A DNA stretch of 64,000 bases from Phaeosaccion multiseriatum (Eukaryota; Protista; Ochrophyta, other classes): positions 1,116,001 to 1,180,000 of the forward strand of contig OZ218962.1 of assembly GCA_965112735.1 (NCBI GenBank), given 5' to 3'. The translations under genes and the position numbers were made by a program. Below the pieces are notes generated by a model, which ran no database searches, was not told where the DNA came from, and saw nothing but the letters and a program-made list of their open reading frames with translations. This document shows positions 44,078 to 56,433 of the stretch, piece after piece (within the stretch, counting starts at the first letter, position 1; each line of letters opens with the position of its first letter).

Positions 44078-47000
44078 ATGGCGATGGCAAAGGCGGCAGC
44101 GAAGAGCAAGAAACGAAGCAGGGATTATAGAGAGCTGGGGGGGGCACTCCACTGTGTCACGATGGACGAGAGCGGAATTCCGGGGCACGCACTTATGCCA
44201 GTCGACAATTCTGGGGAGCCCCGGTCTCTTTTTCCGTCACGCAATGCTGGAGGAGGGAGTAGTAGAAGTGGTGCTGATCAGCAGCAGCATGTGGAGGATG
44301 GCGGGGCAGAGGAAGAGGAAGCGGAGGAGGACGACGAAGGTGAAGGGGAGGATGAGGAAGACGAGGATGAGCGAGCGGGAGGAGCAGCAGGGGGCGCAGG
44401 GGGGAAGGGGGTGAGACACGTGACTCCACCGCCGCCGCCAGCGCTGTCCGCAATCCCCAACGCACTTGCAGCTGCAGCCGCAGTGGAGGGGATGGCTACA
44501 ACTACAGATGCTGGGTCAGCGGCGTCAGCGGCGTCAGCGGGCGCATCGGGGAGTGCTGTGGTGGCGGCCCACATCGCAGCAACAGTCGCCAGAGCGAAAG
44601 CGCGTCGGAAGGCCAGCGACAGCGTCATCAGGGACTATGACCCGTGTGGGGCGAGCGTCAAGAGCAAGCTAGGCTTTGTGATGGAACCTGGGGGCGCTGG
44701 GAGAGCGGGGGGCAGTAGTAGCGGCAGTGCCATTGGAGGAGCAAGCAGCAGCGGAGGGGGGAAGCGACGAGCATGTGGAGGACTAATTGAAGACGGAGGA
44801 GGAGAAGGAGGAGGAGGAGGAGGAGGAGGAGGAGAAGGAGGAGGAAGTAGTGGAGGAGGAGGAGGAGGAGGAGGAGGAGGAGGAGGAAGTAGTGGAGGAG
44901 GAGGAGGAAGTAGTGGAGGAGGAGGAGGAGGAGGAGGAGGAGGAGGAGGAGGAGGAGGAGGGGGAGGGGGGGGAGGAGAGGAGGGAGGGGGAGGGGGAGG
45001 GAGTGGAGGAGGGGGGGGAGGAGAGGAAGCGGGAGGAGGGGGAGAAGCAGGAGGGGGAGGAGGAGGGGGGGGGGCGGGAGGAGGAGGAGGAGGAGGAGGA
45101 GGAGGAGGCCCGGCAGATGCGGCTGGGGGAAGCTCCGGCTGCAGCAGCAGCACGAGCAGCAGCAAGTCTCTGGCAGCTCCGTGGACCGTACAGGAGTTCT
45201 TCGCCCATCCTCGCCAGTATGATCCGTCTGCGAGCATCCTGCACCATCCCGTCAACTCGGAGGGAGACACCGCGCTCTATCTGGCGGCCAAGCAGGGCAT
45301 TATGGATGCGGTGGAGGTGCTGCTTGCCGTGCCTTGTACGCAGATCAATTGGCAGAACCATAAGGGAGTCACTGCCCTGAGCATCGCTGCGCACAAAGGA
45401 CGGGCCAATGTTGTGGGAGTGCTTATTGACGCGAATGCCGATGTCAATATTGAGAGCAACAATGGCTCGACGCCTCTGATTCAGGCCTCGCACTTTGGCC
45501 ATGCGGAGGTGGTGAAGCGGTTGGTCAAGGCAGGGGCATCTGTGGATAAGCCCAATAACAAGGGCACCACGGCTCTCATGAGAGCAACGCAGGTACGCCA
45601 GTTGTGAGTGAGATTAGATTAGAGCTTGCCAACTTTTGTATTGATGGGAGGAGGGCTCGACTATCCATCTATCTACGCCTGGCTTGGCATTTGGCGTTGC
45701 TATGCTCGTCCTTCAGCTGATAGTTGAGAGAGAGAGAGAGTAATGCGTGGTTTGGCTTGGCGCAGCACAGGACCCCACGCACCACACAATCGCCCACTCA
45801 CGCACGCACGCACTCCGCTTTCCCCTCTACGCTACCCTTCCCTCCACCCATCATGCACACCCTCTTCCAACACACTTCCCTTCTCCCTCCTCTTCCTTCC
45901 CACAGGAGGGGAATGGCACAGTCGTGAGGATACTCATCGGCCATGGGGCGAATGTGACGCGGCGCAACAACGAGTTGATGAATGCCCTCATGCTGGGCTC
46001 TCAGCGGGGGCACGGGGGTATCGTGCGAGAGCTAATCCAGCACAGCGCCGAGGTAGACGGGCAGACGGCTCAGGGGAGCACAGCGCTCATGCTGGCGTGC
46101 AAGAGGGGTCACACAGGTGGGTATAGATGCATTAGAAGGAGGGGTGGGCTTGGTTTTCCGCGGTTGTAGGTTTCAGGCTAGTGGACCTGCTGTTCCCTCA
46201 CTCTTTGTTTATTTTTGTGTGTTGTCCCTTTGCTTCTTGCTTTGCTTGGCCTTTTGCCTCTCGAACAGAGGTGGTGGAGGTGCTGCTGGCGGCGGGAGCC
46301 GAAATGAACATGAAGGATTCGAGGGGGCGTACTGCGAGAGACACGGCAAGCAGGAGGCACCACCCCAAGATACTCGCCCTGCTCCACCCGGGCAAGCAGA
46401 TGCGCCTGATGCAGGACGACGTACGCCAGCATAGAACCAACTTGCTCAACTGGCTCTACCAGCCCATGCAGCGCCCGAGGTGAGATGGGGATTATGGATC
46501 AGAGGCCATACGACCTGACGGTTCGATGCATTCGAATGTGCGGTGGGGAGGGAGGGAGGGAGGGAGGGACGGAGGGTGGGAAGAGAGAGTGAGAGAGATG
46601 GTTCTCTCTGCCTTTCTCTCTCTTCTCTCCTTCTCCCTCTCTCTGTGTGTGTTCTCTCCGTCCCTCTCGTTCTCTCTCTCTCACACACACGCCCCTCTCT
46701 CTCTTGTCTCTCTCTCCCTCTCTGCAGCGTGGACGGTATGTTCATGAGTCAGGGCTATTCCACCAGCGCTCTGGCCAAGGCGTTCCAACTTCCCCAGCCC
46801 CTGTTCGAGAGGGTGATTCTCTTCATGCCCCTGCCCAGGCTGTGGGAGAAGACGCTGTGCAAGTTGCGCAGGTGAGAGAGGGAGGGAAAGAAAGAAAGGG
46901 ACAGAGGGAGAGACACATATGTGTATATGTATATATATATATGTGTGTTTGTGTGTGAGCGTGTGTGTGCGCACGCAGTTGCGTGCATGCGTGCGCGTGT

Positions 47001-47899
47001 GCAAGCAATGTGTATAGAGCGACATTGTCGGCATTGCTCTGATCCTCTGACCCTCGCTCGGCCTTGCTCCTCCATTGCCCCCCCTCAAATGCAGGTGCTG
47101 TCACATTGAGCCAAACGAGGCCATACGAGGCGGCAACCAAGTGATGGACGAGATTTTCACTGACATGGTGCTAACCAAAGAGCAGGACCAGGGGGGATTT
47201 CTGGTACGAATCGCACAAGATGCGGCCTTGGCAAACCGTCTTGTAACGGATTTTGGCATGCCGGAGTGCCTACTGAAGGGGGTGAAGGAGTGGAGTGACA
47301 TTCAAAGCATCATGCGGCGCTTGGATAAAGGGGTAACTTTCAACACGCAAGTGGCAATTGAAGTGGTGCATTTGGCCATGTGTTTGCATCAGTGGTACCT
47401 GGTGAGAGAGGGTGGAGCGCATCCAATCGTTCATCCCACCTCGGAGGCCATGCTCTCTGGAGGCTTTCATGCCATATACACGCCGGTGTCTGCAGGAGGT
47501 GTCATGGGTGGAGCAGGAGCAGGAGGAGGAGCAGCAGCAGCAGCAGCAGCCACAGGAGGAGCAGCAGCAGGAGGAGGAGGAGGTGGTGGAGCGGCAGCAG
47601 CAGCAGCAGGGGGGGGAGGAGGGGGGGCAGGAGGTGGAGGAGGAGGGGGAGGAGGAGGAGGGGGAGGGGGGGCGCATGGGGCGGGGTTTGTTGGGGGTGG
47701 GGTGGGCCTCGATGTGTTTGATTTCGGAGCCGCTCATGACGATTTCGTAGTCGGAGGAGCAGGAGGAGCAGCAATAGCAGCAGCAGCAGCAGGAGGAGGA
47801 GGAGGAGGAGGAGGAGGAGGCATTGCGGGCGGGGGAGCGGACGTGGACATGGTTGCAGGAGGAGACAGCGACTCATCGGACGAGGAGATGGACCTCTGA
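44078..47899 (+). CDS. Ankyrin-repeat protein, 5 exons
   Basis: Seven ANK-like repeats (GDTALYLAA, GVTALSIAA, GSTPLIQAS, GTTALMRAT, LMNALMLGS, GSTALMLAC, GRTARDTA). C-terminal LPQPLFERVILFMP is F-box/SOCS-like. Gly-rich termini. Confidence 0.9.
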
Positions 47900-48570
47900 T
47901 TGATAAGAAATATGGAATCAATCATTCGAGGCTCGATGGGATCGGACCGGACGAGCGAACGAACGGATGAACGGATGAAAGTGCTGACGTCGTGAGTGAC
48001 ACCAAAACCGGTATCCAGGGTGGGATGGTGCGGGGGTGGGGGTGGGTGGGTGGGTGGGTGGGTGGGTGGATGGGTGGGGGAATGCGGGCCGCCAGACGAT
48101 GGGACAAGGGAGACAGGCTTACTTACAGGGGGGGTATGATTGGGGTGTGGGGGAAGCAGAGCAACGTTGAAGAGGGAAAATTTGCGTTTGCAGGCTTTGT
48201 GGTCACCTGAAGGTGGAAGTGCTCATGTTTATGTATAATTTTATTTTCGACCCATTGTATTTATGGGCAGGATAGGCAGCAGCAGCAAAGCCTGAGATGT
48301 TTCATACCCCGTGGTTTGATGGGAATACATACATTGAAAGCAAACGTCGGTCTTTGGACGACGAGAGGAAACACATCTGGTTAATTATATCTAAGTCTGT
48401 GGTAATTTCAAAGCCTCTTGGCTCTCTTTCTCCCTCTTTCCTCTTCTCTCTCTCTCCCTCTCTCTCTCGTCTCTTCCTTCGCAGCTCCACCAGCTGCAGC
48501 GAAATGCATTGTGTGCTAGTATACCAACCAAGGACTTAGTCCATGCATTGCATACTACGAAGTTAAGTAC

Positions 48571-49838
48571 CTAGTCCGAGTCGAAGTCTGCATCCGAGTC
48601 CACTTCTCCCCCCCCCCCATCCTCCTCCACCACCTCCCCCCTGGCCAGCATGTTCCGCCATTTGTCCTTGAGATCTCCTGCCGAGCGCCTCGGCCCGAAC
48701 GCGTACTCTCGACGGATGACGGCCCACTTGCACCCCCCATGCTCACGCACCCCCCGACACAAGTTGCCTACCTCCCGAGTAGACCAGGCCACACGCTGCC
48801 GTCTCGCCGGAGCCCGCACCGCCGCTTTATCACCCACTTTTCCTGCTGATGCTCGTGCGGGTGCTGCTGCTGCTGCTGCTGCTGGCGCTGGTGTTCCTGC
48901 TGCTCCGGCAGCTGCTGCTGGTGCTCGTGCTGCTGCGGCTGCTCCTGCTGCTGCTGGAGCTCCTCCCCTGCTGCTCTGCTTCTCATCGCCGTCGCTCTCC
49001 TCAGAGGATGGTTCGCCGGATGATGCCGAAGAGACAGCGGGTGAGGGTGAAGGAGAAGAATGCCTTGCCTCTCGCTTCATTTCTCGCTTCTGCCGTCGTT
49101 AGTCATTCGAGTGAGGGTGTATGCGGCGTTGAGGGGGGGGGAGATAAGTTTGGGTTCAGCTGGTCGAGAGGAGGGTGAAGACAGGGGCGAATAGAAGCAC
49201 AGGCAGGGTCCCTGGTCAGTGTGTCAGTCAGTCAGTCAGTCAGTCAGTCATGCCAAATACCACTCGCCACAGTCTTGCTTACCATGCCCTTTCACTGACT
49301 TCATCTCCTCACCTTTCTCCCTTTCCCCTTGGATTCAGAAGCGCCTCTGTCCTTCTCTTCCCCCTTCTCAACGGCTTTCCACCCCATCTGCTGCGCCTCC
49401 TGTCTGCTGCTCCTCCCCTTGCTCTTGCTCTTGCTCTTGCTCTTGCTCTTCTTCTCCTTCTTCTTCTTCATCGTCTTCTTCTTCTCGCTCCGCTCCGCCT
49501 CTCTGGTATAACCTCTCGTGGTGCTCTCTCCCGTGTCTGCTGTACGAGAACCCTTCCCATGGGATGGTCGCCTCCTGCTGCGGCTGCTGCTTCTGCTGCT
49601 GCTGATGCTGCTGGTGATGGTGCTGTTTCCCCCTCCCCCTCCCCCTCCCTTTGCAACCCTCCTCCCCACCTTCGACACGGAGCGTGGCTGAGGGCGACGG
49701 AAGCTACCCTTCCGGCCTCCTCTCGCATCGAAGCTACCCTTCCGGCCTCCTCTCGCATCGAAGCTACCCTTTCGGCCTCCTCTCGCATCGTCGCGCTCCT
49801 TCCCCCTTCGCCCCCTCCGCTGCCGCTCCCTTTCGTCG

Positions 49839-49895
<57 letters not shown>

Positions 49896-52720
49896 CCTTC
49901 ACTCCAAGAGCGGTGGCCCCTCTTCGTCCACCACCCCCGCTCCCTCCTGTAAGCTTGAGCCTCCTCCTCGCTCGTCGAATCCTCCGCTTCCTCCTCCTCA
50001 CTAGGACTCCTCCTCCTCCTCCTCTTGTAGCTGCTGCGGCTGCTGTGGTGGCTGTGGCGGCGGCTGTGGTGCCTGGCCTTCTCTGGGGTTTCCATCCTCC
50101 TCTTCCCCCCTCCGCCATTTGCATAGCCCCTTCGCCCATGCTGCCGACCCTCACCCTCAGCAAGGCCCAAACCCAAGCGTCTCGAGGAGGGGTGCCGCTC
50201 CCCTCTGGTACCCCTCCTACGACCACCTCCACGACCACCTGCTGTATGACCAACTGCTCTATGACCACCTCCGCCATCGGAGGAGTCGGCCTCCTCGGAT
50301 TCGGACGCTTGTCCATCCGCCTCCTCCTCCTCCTCCTCCTCCTCATATCTGCCCCACCGCTCTTCTCCTCTCCACCCCTTGCTTGCTGCAGGGGGGCGAC
50401 CGGTCCTCCTCCTGTCCTCCTGCTCCTCCTCCTCCTCCTCCTCCTCCTCCTCCTCCTCCTCCTCCCTCATCTTTGCCTTCCTCTTCTTCTTGTCCTTCTT
50501 ACTCGAGCGTGCTGCCTCACGGTGGTCATCGCTTCTTCTTCCGCTCTCTCTTCTGCCGACCGAGGATTGCCTCCTCTGCGATCCACCACCCTTGTCCATC
50601 ACGCCTCCCCAGCCCATCATTCTGCGCCTCAAAGAAACTTTGCTGTCGTCATCATCTCTACTGACATAACGGTAAGGATCTTCCTCTTCCTCTTCCTCCT
50701 CCTCCTCCTCCTCCTCCCCCTCCTCCTCCTCCTCCTCCTCCTCCTGCTCCTCCTCCTCCTCCCCCTGCCCCTCCTCCTCACTTTCCACCGCCTCCTGGTA
50801 TCTGCGGTTGGCCTTTGTCGAAGATGAGGCAGGGGCGGCGCTTCTCGCTTCTCTTGTGCCCCGCTTGCCTGTGCTGTTGCCTGTACTACCACGCCGTGCC
50901 CGCTCCCTTCTTGTGAGTCTTCCCCTAGGACCCTCGTCCTCCTCCTCCTCGTCCTCCCCCTCCTCCTCCTCCTCCTCCTCCTCCTCCTCCTCCTCCTCCT
51001 CCTCCTGCTCCTGCCCCTCCTCCTCACTTTCTACCGCCTCCTGGTATCTGCGGTTGGCCTTTGTCGAAGATGAGGCAGGGGCGGCGCTTCTCGCTTCTCT
51101 TGTGCCCCGCTTGCCTGTGCTGTTGCCTGTACTACCACGCCGTACCCGCTCCCTTCTTGTGGGTCTTCCCCTAGGACCCTCGTCCTCCTCCTCCTCCTCC
51201 TCCCCCTGCCCCTCCTCCTCACTTTCCACCGCCTCCTGGTATCTGCGGTTGGCCTTTGTCGAAGATGAGGCAGGGGCGGCGCTTCTCGCTTCTCTTGTGC
51301 CCCGCTTGCCTGTGTTGTTGCCTGTACTACCACGCCGTGCCCGCTCCCTTCTTGTGAGTCTTCCCCTAGGACCCTCGTCCTCCTCCTCCTCGTCCTCGTC
51401 CTCCTCGTCCTCCTCCTCCTCCTCGTCCTCCTCCTCCTCCTCCTCCTCCTCCTCCTCCTCCTCCTCCTCCTCCTCCTCCTCCTCGTGGTTGCCTCGTCCC
51501 CTTGTGCTCCTCCTACCAGTCCTCTCCCTTCCCCGTCCCGATGATGATCGACCCTCGCGGCCTCGCTTTGTGCGTCGCTTTCCCCCCTGCTCAGCCCTGC
51601 GGCTGCTCTCCTCCTTGCCTCTATCTTCTCCTTCCTCCACTGAGCTCTCCCCGCTCTCATCCTCCTCGCCGCCACCGATTAGCTTCGCTCCATCACCATT
51701 AAGCTCCTCCTCCTCCTCCTCCTCCGCCACCGCCGCAGCCACTTTGTTCATCGAGTGCCTAAACTTTCGTGTCTCCTTTGTCTCCTTTTTCGCGCTCTCA
51801 TCCTCCTCCTCGTCCTCCTTCTCTTCCCCCCCGTCGTCGAACTCTCCCTCCTTCTCTTCCCTCCCGTCGTCGAACTCTCCCTCCTTCTCCTCCTCCTCGT
51901 CCTCTTCCTCCTGCTCTTCCTCCTCCTTCTTCTTCCCTGGTTTGTATCGCCCTCTTGTGCCTCTTCTGCTGTTCCTCCCTTTGTGGATGTGGTGCCTCAG
52001 CTTTCGTGTCTCCTTTGTCTCCTTTTTTGCCCTCTCGTCCTCCTCCTCGTCCTCCTTCTCTTCCCCCCCGTCGTCGAACTCTCCCTCCTTCTCCTTCTCC
52101 TCCTCATCCTCTTCCTCCTGCTCTTCCTCCTCCTTCTTCTTCCCTGGTTTGTATCGCCCTCTTGTGCCTCTTCTGCTGTTCCTCCCTTTGACCCCTCCCG
52201 ACGATGATCGGTCCTTGTCGCAGCCCCCACGGCCTCGCTTTCTGCCTCGCCTTCTCCCCTGCTCCTGGTTACTATCGCTTTCCCTGCCCCCGTTCACTCG
52301 CTTTCTTTGAGATGGGGTGCTGCGTGTGCCGCGCGTCCAAGCCTCCACTATATCTATTTCACTATCATCAGTTCGGTAGTCGTCATCACTGTCATTCCTC
52401 ATCCTCTTCTCTTGCTGCTTCGGCTTCCTCTTCTTCGTGGGCCTTTCCTCCCCCTCCTCTTCCTCGTCCTCCTCCTCCTCCTCGTCGTCGTCGTCGTCGT
52501 CGTCGTCATCGTCCTCTTCCACCACCATCTTCCCCCTTCCCCCCTCCTCCTCCTTCTCCTCCTCCTCCTCCTCCTCCTTTCCCTCCTCCCTCTGCTCCTC
52601 GTTTCTCCTCGGGCGCTTCACGGCCCAGACGCTAGAAGGGGACGGAGGAACGGCGGCAACCCCTCGCCGTCCCCGCCTCCTCCTCCTCGTTTCTTGGACC
52701 TCTGTGCTCCCAAACCTCAT
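48571..52720 (-). CDS. Telobox (TRF-like) single Myb-domain protein with a very long acidic/basic disordered N-terminus, 2 exons
   Basis: C-terminal RVAWSTREVGNLCRGVREHGGCKWAVIRREYAFGPRRSAGDLKDKWRNM contains the telobox signature DLKDKWRN. The 1139-aa ORF splices in phase 0 (AAG|GTGAGG ... TGACTAAC...GGCAG|AAG). Confidence 0.8.
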
Positions 52721-52870
52721 AGTGTTGCTTTTGTTTTTTAGGAGGGGGAGGGGGGAGGGGGGAGCTGGACCCTCTTACGTAACCTTTCTGTAATTTCCTT
52801 GGCACGTTGGAATCCGGCGAACTTTCTGAACTTTCTCCTTCCTTTCTGGCGCTCTATTGTAGCTACAGGG

Positions 52871-53367
52871 TCGGCCCCGTGCACGCCTAGCGGCCTAGGC
52901 CTATTTTGAAAAATTGCCCGGCCTAGCGAGGGCCGTAGGCTCTCGGCCTATTTATAGGCCGCCTAGGCGGCGGCCTAGGCGGGGCAGACGCCAACTAGGC
53001 GCAGGTCCAGGGCGGGAATATGCTCATATGCCCCTGCCTGGGCTGGCCCGGAACCCGCCCAAGTGTCGTCAGTTTTAAGCAAATGTATTGCATGGGATAA
53101 GTGAGGAGTAGCTAGACTTGGTTCGTGTTGTCTCTTTCCGCCTCGCTGGCCCTACGAGGAGTGCAGGCCTACAGGTGTGCTGCTACCCACTAGCTGGGCG
53201 GCACCACGCACGCGCCCACGGTCACTGGGAGGCTGCCTAGAGGCGGGCTAGAGGCTGCCTAGAGGCGGGCTATAGGCCGCCTAGGGCTGAAAAGTGAGCG
53301 GCCTAGAGCGGCCGGAGGCCGCCGGCCTAGGCCTAGAGCCTAGGCCGCTAGGCGTGCACGGGGCCGA
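52871..53367. mobile_element. 497-bp MITE
   Basis: Perfect 30-bp TIR TCGGCCCCGTGCACGCCTAGCGGCCTAGGC; 7-bp direct repeat TACAGGG on both flanks; many subterminal GGCCTAG motifs. Confidence 0.93.
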
Positions 53368-53508
53368 TACAGGGGGGAAAGGAGGGCATATAGGCCAACA
53401 ATATAACGTCTTATGTTAGGTGTGGCCCTCCCTTATCCCAATTATCCTTGTCCTGCGAGTAAGCCCAACCTATCCCCCCCCTACTAGACCCTACCCCCCA
53501 CCTTGTAA

Positions 53509-53662
53509 TCAACCCCTGATACACTATCCGCTATCCGCTATCGCTGGCGCCAGCCGGCACGTTATCCGCTATCGGCCGGCGCCAGCCGGTGCGCTATCCG
53601 CTATCGGCCGGCGGCCGATAGCGCGCTATCGAGAATGTGGGCGATAGTGTATCAGGGATTGA
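53509..53662. mobile_element. 154-bp MITE
   Basis: 20-bp TIR TCAA(C/T)CCCTGATACACTATC with 1 mismatch; 6-bp direct repeat TTGTAA (53503-53508 and 53663-53668); internal CTATCCGCTATC repeats. Confidence 0.88.
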
Positions 53663-53697
53663 TTGTAAGCATGCCCCAGCCAGTCCAGTGTCCAGTG

Positions 53698-54044
53698 TCG
53701 ACCCGATTCTCGGTAGAATGCTACCGGGCTGTAGCACGCCAGCAGCAGGTAGCAGCTAGCTCACGCCGGCGGTGGCAGCGGATGGGAGGGAGGGAGGGAG
53801 GGAGGGAGGGAGGGAGGGAGGGAGGGAGGGAGGGAGGGAGGGAGGGAGGGAGGGAGGGAGGGAGGGAGGGAGGGAATCGGTTCAAATTAAGGCGTCTTCG
53901 CGTATTGTCCCGTCGGCCGGTAGCAGGTCAAGGTCGGCTGACGCCGGCGGTAGCAGGTAGGACGTTGGTTGACGCCGGCGGTAGCAGGTAGGACGTTGGT
54001 TGACGCCGGCGGTAGCAGGTAGCAGGTAGCACGTCAGGGGTCGA
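53698..54044. mobile_element. 347-bp MITE-like element
   Basis: Termini TCGACCC...GGGGTCGA (7-bp perfect TIR, with TGCTACC/GGTAGCA inside both ends); 6-bp direct repeat CCAGTG (53692-53697 and 54045-54050); internal GACGCCGGCGGTAGCAGGT repeats. Confidence 0.72.
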
Positions 54045-54423
54045 CCAGTGTCAGGTGACCCGGGGGAGGGGTGAAGAGGTGTTACGGCCTAGAGGCCAGC
54101 CTAGAGGGAGAAATTGGCCGGCCTAGGGGCTAGAGCACAGGCCAATAGGCCAGTCTGGAGCCGACGTTGTGCATATCGGTGTTATTCCTTCACGTTAGTG
54201 CCCGTGATCAATGAAACTGTACGACGAATCATCTACAAGTCGAGTCGCCAAAGTGCGCTCTGTGTGTTGGTGGTGGACCGAGCCAACCTTGACCGATGGA
54301 ACAACGAAAGGGCTTTGGGGCATCGCAGTCCATCACGCCAGTCTTCCATCTTCCTTCTGTTAAGATGCTGTACAGAGACCGTGTTGTTCCTCTCCAAACA
54401 ATGCCGCTCTCTTTCTCTCTTTG

Positions 54424-54495
<72 letters not shown>

Positions 54496-55362
54496 TACCC
54501 TACTGGAGAGTGTCGTGACAGAGACAGTTGAAGGACGGTGGAAGGTGCACCCACCCCTCTTGGACCTGAGCCGTGTCATGAGCCACGTGGGCAAATCAAG
54601 GCATAGTGGACAGAGTGCTGGGCATTGGTGAGGAGTCAGTGCCACTCACCGCTCACCGACCCGTCTCACCCACAGTCAGTCTCACAGGTCGGCTGCTCTC
54701 TCGACTTTGACGGAAAGCCGACGGAGATGTCAGCACTCCCGGACTTTGCCTTTTGAGAGGTGTTTGGAAATGAAGCAAGAGCAGCGGCGGTGGTGAGAGG
54801 CCCCGTAGCAGAGTTATCGAGGCCCGTGCCATCACTCATGCCAGCAGAGAGGCATTGATGGGTCGTGTGTCGTCACTGCCCCGAGGTGTGAGGTCAACAT
54901 CACGCCCTCTCTTACTCTCAGCCAAGTCTCTCGTCGTTCCCTTGTTGGGAGAGAGACAAGGGAGGGTGGCGTATGCCGTGTGCGGTGCTTTCGTTGCACT
55001 GTCCACAGGGAGCCCTCCCTCTCCCAATGCGAGAGCCTGAGGCTCTTCTACTCTTGTCGGCGCGGTAGTAGGGAGGGCAGAGAGGGGCAGCGAGGCAGCC
55101 GAAGAGGCAGGAACAACACGCTACTTTCGCTGCCACGCTTTCTCGCCATCCTCATCGCACCGCTGTACTCGTATTCTCTTGGCTCCGTCACTTTTTGCCT
55201 CGCCCTCTCCTGTCGCGGAAGGAGGCCCACCTTCATCCCCGGCTTCAGAGGATGATGAGGATGAGGATTCGTCCCTGCCACGCGCAACGAAGGAGCGAAA
55301 CAACGAGGGTCAAGCCAAAGTAACCAGAATACACACCCTTCACTACAGGAGCTCGAAGAAAA

Positions 55363-55722
55363 GAGGAGGAGGAGGAGGAGGAGGAGGAGGAGGAGGAGGA
55401 GGAGGAGGAGGAGGAGGAGGAGGAGGAGGAGGAGGAGGAGGAGGAGGAGGAGGAGGAGGAGGAGGAGGAGGAGGAGGAGGAGGAGGAGGAGGAGGAGGAG
55501 GAGGAGGAGGAGGAGGAGGAGGAGGAGGAGGAGGAGGAGGAGGAGGAGGAGGAGGAGGAGGAGGAGGAGGAGGAGGAGGAGGAGGAGGAGGAGGAGGAGG
55601 AGGAGGAGGAGGAGGAGGAGGAGGAGGAGGAGGAGGAGGAGGAGGAGGAGGAGGAGGAGGAGGAGGAGGAGGAGGAGGAGGAGGAGGAGGAGGAGGAGGA
55701 GGAGGAGGAGGAGGAGGAGGAG
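55363..55722. repeat. (GGA)n pure trinucleotide tract, about 120 units
   Basis: About 360 bp uninterrupted. Confidence 0.97.
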
Positions 55723-55758
55723 GGAAAAGCGCTTTCTTTATTTCCGGGGCACTTGCAC

Positions 55759-56433
55759 TTACGGATTGTCGAGCTCGTCCATAAAGTTCGTCACCAAGTT
55801 GACGAAGGAATCGAACTCCCAAGAGGCCAGCAAGGCGGAAATGAAGGCAGTCGAGATGCCCGTCTGGTCCTTCGCCATTGCCTCTTCGACTTTTGTTTTG
55901 AAGCCCCCTTCACTCAGATTCTCCTCCACCATGAAACCTGCTCTCCATTCGAACGAGCAATCAAGTCGCGGAGGTTCAAGAATTGAAGCATATGCGTCAG
56001 GTGGAGCATGTCGTATCTCTCTTAGTTCTGTTCGATGGATGCATGAGCGCACCTTCCAAGCTGCCTTGGATGACGTTCAGGAAGCTCCCCCAGATGTCGT
56101 GCAGCCTCAGTGGCATGCCGACTCCATCTTCCACGTCTCTGCGGTAGGATGGCTGCAGCTCCATTGCTCTCAACTCGTCCGCATGATCTGTGAGGAAAAT
56201 CCGGATGTCCTGTGCGTAGTAGATGGTAGAGTAGGATCAACAAGATTAGAGGAGAGAGAAAGGAAAAATGGATGGAACGACAAAGAAACACGACCCCACA
56301 GTTGTGTAGTAGATACCTCCTGGATAGGAGAATTGCAGAGGTGGTCAACGAGTGCAGCGACGAAAGGAAGATTCTCCCCAGCCCCTTTCTCCTCTTCCTG
56401 CTCTTCTTCGTCGTCGTCTTCTTTTCTCTCCAT
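55759..56433 (-). CDS. BART (ARL2-binding / CFAP36-like) domain protein, 3 exons
   Basis: Spliced product MERKEDD...NSPIQE-DIRIFLTDHADE...LHDIWGSFLNVIQGSLEGFMVEENLSEGGFKTKVEE...FISALLASWEFDSFVNLV fits the helical BART pattern. The domain call is by eye. Confidence 0.65.

Noticed and set aside
49175-52310. Long plus-strand ORFs (550 and 500 aa), and similar antisense ORFs over the ARM gene
   Set aside because: Antisense shadows of GC-rich low-complexity coding sequence with no domain signal.
53095-53170. tRNA or SINE head (TAGCTAGACTTGGTTCG)
   Set aside because: No cloverleaf or properly spaced B-box could be built.
55179-55822. Poly-Gly or poly-Pro protein
   Set aside because: Translation of a pure (GGA)n tract with no synonymous variation.
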